A DNA stretch of 63,983 bases, filler included, from Asterionella formosa (Eukaryota), in NCBI GenBank assembly GCA_002256025.1. It is 22 parts of 22 records of this genome, joined end to end, with 100 filler letters (N's around TTAATTAATTAA, not from the genome) between each part and the next. Parts side by side here need not be neighbours in the genome. Positions count along the whole stretch, not along the records: positions 57,675 to 58,862 come from NKIB01003845.1; positions 58,963 to 60,143 come from NKIB01003846.1; positions 60,244 to 61,423 come from NKIB01003848.1; positions 61,524 to 62,703 come from NKIB01003849.1; positions 62,804 to 63,983 come from NKIB01003850.1; 17 more parts are not named here. One strand, given 5' to 3'. The notes below the pieces were generated by a model. That model had not been told where the DNA came from. It made no database searches and worked only from the letters and a program-made list of their open reading frames with translations. This document shows positions 58,025 to 63,983 of the stretch, piece after piece. Every line of letters begins with the position of its first letter. The stretch's first letter is position 1. Both the position numbers and the translations under genes were made by a program.

Positions 58025-58640
58025 TAAGTACTAGGTACCTGGTACTCTAAATACATAAAATGGTCTATTCCCGCATACACGTACCCTGGTACGGTACCTG
58101 GTACCGGTACCCTGGTAACCAGTCGATACGAGCAAATGGGCGCCGGTACCAGTACTAGGTACTGGTACCTGGTACCACAACCGATATTGTCGCCAAGAAT
58201 AGCTTTGTCCACTGTCCTGGAGTAGTAGTAAACTACTAGTGCTAGCTTCCACTACGGGTTTAACTGGGAGTTTAATTTTTTACGACTACGTTCCCGGTAT
58301 ATCTCCGACTGAGGAATACAGTACCTGGTACCACTACGGCACACCACGCACGCACAACCATCTGGACGATGCAGTACCTGGTACCATGATGGCTGACTGT
58401 CGCGTCGATGATGGATACCTGTATTCGTCGTACATACTACCTGGTACCGGTAGACAAGAATTCCGATACCGGTACTGGAACCCCGGTACCTGGTACCAAC
58501 GTATACCTGTACCACTACATAGTACTTTATCACCGCTGTGGAGTCCTGCCAAGGAGTAACAGTGTCAAAAATCTAGAAGATTAAATAAGATGCATGCATG
58601 ATCAGTTTCTTGTACCAGGTACCAGGTACCAGGTACTGGT
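58025..58640. repeat. Array of short TA-[C…G]-TA palindromic motifs (GGTACC/CCWGG/CCGG-rich)
   Basis: Examples: gtaccctggtacggtacctggtaccggtaccctggta and gtaccaggtaccaggtaccaggtactgg. Similar arrays at 8624-8652, 44570-44615, 45636-46000 and 54290-54725. Confidence 0.85.
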
Positions 58641-58756
58641 GCGGTACACATACGGCAAAGAAGATGTTGAGACCTGCATCCTCAGAAACGAGGTTCGGTT
58701 TGTGACGATTTATCTCACAACGTACAAATTTTATAACACCGAAAGAATCGATCAGA

Positions 58757-58862
58757 ATGCAAGGAAATACCACAAGCGATGACAAGTCCAAGAAAACAAC
58801 CGACAATGATGGGACCCTGAGTAGACCAACTGGCTTGCCGCCCGCAAGTCAAATTCGAGGCG
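58757..58862 (+). CDS. Possible 5' end of a gene (MQGNTTSDDKSKK…), truncated
   Basis: ATG-initiated frame open to the contig end with coding-like composition; too short to identify. Confidence 0.3.
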
Positions 58863-58962
58863 NNNNNNNNNNNNNNNNNNNNNNNNNNNNNNNNNNNNNN
58901 NNNNNNTTAATTAATTAANNNNNNNNNNNNNNNNNNNNNNNNNNNNNNNNNNNNNNNNNNNN

Positions 58963-59249
58963 AACGTTTTCGTTTTGGCTTGGTTTACGAGTCCGAAGGC
59001 AATTCCGGTGCAGCTCATGATGAGCAACTGGTACGCCTTGTCGTTGGCCTCGTAGATAGCCCTGACTCCTTTGTCTGTCTCCAATTCGTACTCTTCGTCA
59101 GAACACGGGTTATGGTTCTTGGAGTACATCGTTCGGAATCCTCTTGCCTTCGCCAGAGCGAGCGTTTTAACGCTCCACTGATACCAGTTCGTTTCGTTGC
59201 CATCAAACTTGATGAGCCTCATGCTCTCTTCAGACATTTCTGTAGACAT
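58963..59249 (-). CDS. Ty1/copia gag N-terminus (truncated)
   Basis: LIKFDGNETNWYQWSVK…ANDKAYQLLIMSC…AFGLV, the typical Copia gag N-terminal motif; starts 29 bp after an LTR. Confidence 0.85.
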
Positions 59250-59278
59250 GTTAAAACACTTAAGTCCGTTTATAAACG

Positions 59279-59699
59279 TGTTAAAGTATTACCTTTTGTA
59301 TAGATCTATATCGTTAGACAAAGAAGACTATAGATAGAGACGTTCGTTTCTCTTTCCGTTTCTATATTCTTATTGTGAGTTTACTAATCTAGTTTAGGTT
59401 GTTCTGTTTGAACAAAACAAACGAACTATTCTCCAAATGCTGTTTGCATTTCTAGGAACATACAATCATAGATAGACCCATGTCTATCTCACACTTACTG
59501 ATCATAGGTATTTAACCATGATCATTCATTTCAAACTATCGGTCTTCCGAAATAGCTTATGTTGTCCGGCTCATTATAGTCGGAGTAGCAAAGTATAATG
59601 TGTGGTTGATGAGAGCTTGGTACATCAAAGTGGACTCATTCGAATCGTTTGACTCGTTTGACTCCGAGTCCTAACTACGTAGATGAGCTCACTTTAACA
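59279..59699 (-). mobile_element. 5' LTR (421 bp) of that Copia element
   Basis: Perfect 9-bp inverted termini TGTTAAAGT…ACTTTAACA directly upstream of gag. Confidence 0.8.
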
Positions 59700-59729
59700 A
59701 ACAGACACATTCTACCGGTACTTGTTCTC

Positions 59730-60143
59730 GTTGAAATTTTCAATTCTCACATGATACTACATCTACTATTGAGATTCAGCATAGAAGGAGATACGAAAAT
59801 GTGCGTAACAGACTACTGTCCACATAGCTATAGTTATAGAATGATTCTGATTAGAACGCATTTCATTTTCATATCGCTCCCTCGTTTCTGCATTTGGTAT
59901 ACTGTACTTGAATTAACTATTGAACTTGTCCGCATCTTTGATACCAACAAGCAAGAGAGCGAAAGCAAGTGGCTCTTTTCATTGTTGTTTGCTCATAGGA
60001 AGAATTTGATATCTGTATCGTCATTTGCTTGTTGGAATTGTCCGTTGCCTCAAACTTGCTTGGCGTGTGCGTGCACACACTGTCGACTTGTTTTCAATGG
60101 TATGTTGTTCTTTGTATTCACTGTTGAACTTGTCCGCATCTTT
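59730..60143 (+). repeat. Dispersed repeat shared with 42297-42709
   Basis: Near-identical sequence. Confidence 0.9.
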
Positions 60144-60243
60144 NNNNNNNNNNNNNNNNNNNNNNNNNNNNNNNNNNNNNNNNNNNNTTAATTAATTAAN
60201 NNNNNNNNNNNNNNNNNNNNNNNNNNNNNNNNNNNNNNNNNNN

Positions 60244-60503
60244 ACTGCAACAATCCGGATGCTTATACAAGATTGATCTTGGATGTGTTACGTGGTCGGC
60301 AAGAATCCTTTGTGCGGAATGATGAACTACGTAAAAGTTGGGAGATCTTTACTCCTTTGTTGCACACGATTGAAAATGACAATGTTAGACCAATTTTGTA
60401 CGCGTATGGAACAAATGGTCCCATGGAGCGCGATGCTTTTTTCCAAAAAATGGGCATTGGTAGGCATCAATATGAAGAACTTCCCAAGCAAGCCAAAATG
60501 TAA
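60244..60503 (+). CDS. G6PD: Glucose-6-phosphate 1-dehydrogenase, C-terminal fragment
   Basis: PDAYTRLILDVLRGRQESFVRNDELRKSWEIFTPLLH…PILYAYGTNGP. Confidence 0.95.
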
Positions 60504-62464
60504 CAACGGTGTTTGAGGGTTTGGACACGTTTATCCTATATTCGTTATGTAATGTGTTCCATCCATTCGATAAGAATGCATAATACTAGACGTTTTCTGC
60601 TATTTCATTTTCATACATACATAAAGGTGCTAATACTGCTGGAAGCTAAACTTCCCAAGGACCAAGCCAACAAAGCAACACAACTAGTAAGGGTTCGATT
60701 TGTAACACAACACCACCACACACAACAAACCTGATAACAAGACACTCTACTATTTTAGCTAAGTCAAACGAAACTGAGATTCCTAGTAGTATAGTGGTTA
60801 ATGTAGCACTTGACCTCCATCATACTTGAAAATTGTTGTATGCTGCACCATGATCGATCATCATCACGGTAAAGCGGAAAAGAGAATATTGTTCCCATCT
60901 TTGATAATTTGGACATGTTGTTATGGGGCAGAACTATGAGAATATCGATGTACGACTCATTTGGTGACATCATTTACCAGTCATATGTCATCATTGTTAT
61001 ATCTTCCTTCATTCCATTTTTAAGGTTTTTTCATTGCTATTTCTTCCATATTTTATTCATTTGTCCTTTGGTCTACTACCGGTAGTCAATATTCAGTTAC
61101 ACCATAATTGCCATATTATTTCTAAACTTACTCAGCAGTTCACTGTTTAGATCAATAGAATACAAATGCTAATTGGATCAACTGAAAGCAGCACCACCAT
61201 TTCTGCCACTACAAGCATGTCTGCCCTATGGGGGTCGTCCATAGTATGGAACAACTACAGTAGCCAGGTCCGCCATCATAACAGAAAAAGTGAAATAATG
61301 TATTTCCAATTTGGCAGCAGAATAGTATAGGAGGGTGAGAGAAAGCAAGGGAATGGCTTTGTGGTTTAGCATGGTGCACATTGCCTTTGATCTGGTGAGG
61401 TTGCTTGTGACAAGGTTCGATTCNNNNNNNNNNNNNNNNNNNNNNNNNNNNNNNNNNNNNNNNNNNNTTAATTAATTAANNNNNNNNNNNNNNNNNNNNN
61501 NNNNNNNNNNNNNNNNNNNNNNNTTTTAATCTTTTTATATATATAATATATACATGATTCTGCAGCTTAGAACAAGCCGCACAATAGGGCAATCGAGCCG
61601 GAGAAAATCGTAGGACTCAAAATGGCCCCGGATAAATTTGAATTATCGATACAACTGTTACTAGACACCTGGTAGGTACCTCGTACCAGCTACCGGCATG
61701 TTGAGCTACACCTTGTACACTGTAGCAGTAGTCTACCAGTTACAGGGATGTATATATTATATACCTATAGTGCTATGCATAAATACATACTGGTTCCAGG
61801 GTTTACCAGGGTACCAGGCACCTGGTACCTATGCGCTGCCCTGAAAATGCTAAGACAGCCAAGTTAGAAGAAGTGCTCATCATAATATAATTGCGAATGA
61901 GAAAAAACCGAGAAGGGAGTCACCACCAGTTAAGTTATCAATCTGAATTTGGTCAACCATTTTGGCCATGCTGGTATGAAAAGCATCACGAGTAAACTTG
62001 GCTGCCCATCCATCCTGCGAGGTCCTGATATTCTCGAAATTGAATGGATGACTGGGATCATAAAACTGAGAGGCGTCAAACATACCATCATGGAAGCATT
62101 GCATGATTTCAGAATATTCTGGATTGCCTTTTTGTAGTCCTTGTCCCCTCTCTATCATGGCGATTATATCAGAATCGTTGGATATGCACAACAAGTAATT
62201 ATAATATTATTTTGTAAATATAATTCTGTGCAGTAAAAATTTTGGGTTACAATGCATTTGAAACCATACCAGACGGTTCTACATTTCGAATCTTTGGTTC
62301 AGGCAAAGGATCGTCCCAATACTAAATATCGAAAAACGATCAAGGTGGGCAAGTGATAGGCTAAGATTCCTTTCAGATAGATTCCTCTTTTCCATGATGA
62401 CGTGATTTCAGCACCTTTTTTCAGGACTCAACATTAAAAAATAACCAGAGGTTACCACTTAAAA

Positions 62465-62671
62465 ACTGTAAGCCACCGCTATTTTACTCTATCTTTCGAC
62501 TAAAAATATTTATGTAATTCAACGATCAAAACTTGACGCAAGTACAAAGCTTATGTTAGACAATGCTCTCTGCTATACTATTAAGGAATCAGTTTTGATT
62601 CAGTGTCTCTAGCCATGAAGAAATAATTTTTCCAAAGTCACTAAGATTATTGCATAGCGGTGGCTTACAGT
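62465..62671. mobile_element. 207-bp MITE
   Basis: Perfect 18-bp TIRs actgtaagccaccgctat / atagcggtggcttacagt around AT-rich non-coding DNA. Confidence 0.75.
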
Positions 62672-62807
62672 GCATATTTTTCTATCTGTACATGTATATA
62701 TTTNNNNNNNNNNNNNNNNNNNNNNNNNNNNNNNNNNNNNNNNNNNNTTAATTAATTAANNNNNNNNNNNNNNNNNNNNNNNNNNNNNNNNNNNNNNNNN
62801 NNNAAAC

Positions 62808-63725
62808 ATGCAACCATTTCTCATTAGAGCATTCGAAATCGAAATCGAAGATAGATGTTTCGACATCGGATCGTTCTTGCTCGAAGATAGATGTTTCAAC
62901 ATCGGTTCGTTCTTGCTCTACGTTTTCTTCGTGATACATCCTAGCATCTTGTTCTGCTTGGGTTTGTATGCTCTTCGCCAAGTTGTCGCGTGGGTTGGTC
63001 AAGAAGAAAAGGATATTTCCGAAATTCCGATCGATACATCAGGTGGAAATGAGAAAGAATATGGCAAACTGAATCATAAATACATCGAAAAAGAAACAGT
63101 GCCAAATTGGGCGTTGTTTGTTCTCTGTGGCATGGCTCCTGCTGTCTTCTTTGTCTGGCTTGGAACAAAATACGGACCCAAGGGTAATGAGTATGCAAAT
63201 CTGTGTTCTCTATTTCGTTCAATAGGTTCGACTTGGTTCGTCACCGATGTTCTCAAGGTGCGCTGTGCTCGGCCCAGGCCTCACATGTACCAAAAATTGG
63301 GTTTTGATATAAAGACCAAGAAATGTCAAGAAAAAGATCGACGACAAAGGCAGGATGCATTCATGTCGTTCCCATCGGGCCATGCCAGTCTCTCTTTCAC
63401 CACCATGGTGCGCGTATCATTGGAGCTGACGCAAATTTTACAAAAGTGGCCATTACATCGGCTGGCCTGGACACCCATGGTCTTGGCCATCTATATTGCA
63501 TGGAGTCGAGTCACTGATCACTGGCATCATCCTGAAGACATCATTGCTGGTGCTGTCCTCGGTACTGTTTTTGCTTTGTTGGATGATTCGATTGTGGTTT
63601 ATTTAATTATCTTCCTATTGATTCTTGTCGACCAGCTCATCATTAAAGAGATTAAACGCAACCTGAAAAAAACAAAATACATGGCCTGCAGATTACATGA
63701 TGCGATAATACGCTATCTGGAATAA
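62808..63725 (+). CDS. PAP2-family lipid phosphate phosphatase (start uncertain, near contig edge)
   Basis: C1 KVRCARPRP, C2 FPSGHAS and C3 SRVTDHWHHPEDIIAG motifs, with multiple TM helices. A 36-bp tandem duplication lies at ~62846-62917. Confidence 0.92.
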   Translation: MQPFLIRAFEIEIEDRCFDIGSFLLEDRCFNIGSFLLYVFFVIHPSILFCLGLYALRQVVAWVGQEEKDISEIPIDTSGGNEKEYGKLNHKYIEKETVPNWALFVLCGMAPAVFFVWLGTKYGPKGNEYANLCSLFRSIGSTWFVTDVLKVRCARPRPHMYQKLGFDIKTKKCQEKDRRQRQDAFMSFPSGHASLSFTTMVRVSLELTQILQKWPLHRLAWTPMVLAIYIAWSRVTDHWHHPEDIIAGAVLGTVFALLDDSIVVYLIIFLLILVDQLIIKEIKRNLKKTKYMACRLHDAIIRYLE

Positions 63726-63983
63726 ACAATACAATCTTTGATCATACCTGTTCGAAGTTTTGTAGACTGTCTATTCCTGGCGGAGCAACCAGAAACGGGT
63801 GGTAACAGCAGCCGGAGTCGGTGCCGAGGTCGTACAATGGGAGCAGGAGTTGTCATAACGACTGGAACCGGCCAAGGACTAGCCAGAGCACCGCTGGTGA
63901 GAAGGCAGAGCCCCATGGCGAGTTCGCTGAAGCAAACTTATAGCACGATTAGTGAATGAAAATATGTCCTATTGAAGCCCTCA

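Overview
This window is not one locus. It is 22 separate contigs joined by artificial 100-bp spacers (N-run + TTAATTAATTAA + N-run): two of ~19 kb, then twenty of ~1.18 kb. Almost all of it looks like a transposon-rich eukaryotic alga, most likely a diatom, based on CoDi-type Ty1/copia remnants, a decayed LINE, a PIF/Harbinger element, Tc1/mariner-like elements and MITEs, a spliceosomal intron, and bipartite plastid-targeting signals. Recognisable host genes are a BTB/POZ protein, an SDR, LRR proteins, the G6PD C-terminus, a PAP2 phosphatase and several low-complexity proteins. One contig (52551-53731) is bacterial. It holds a long-N-terminus integron integrase with a Verrucomicrobia-type LexA box, a candidate attI site, and an ISL3 inserted just after the start of the first cassette. 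The most notable eukaryotic signals are: (i) dense arrays with the grammar TA-[C...G]-TA that look like iterated transposon-excision footprints, including one caught as a 6-bp insertion in a retrotransposon RNase H; (ii) a 4.2-kb CATCTG-ended DNA transposon with unidentified cargo nested inside a Copia element; and (iii) two otherwise identical Copia copies that appear to differ only in the half-tRNA primer-binding site. All family assignments come from motif recognition by eye, with no database searches.
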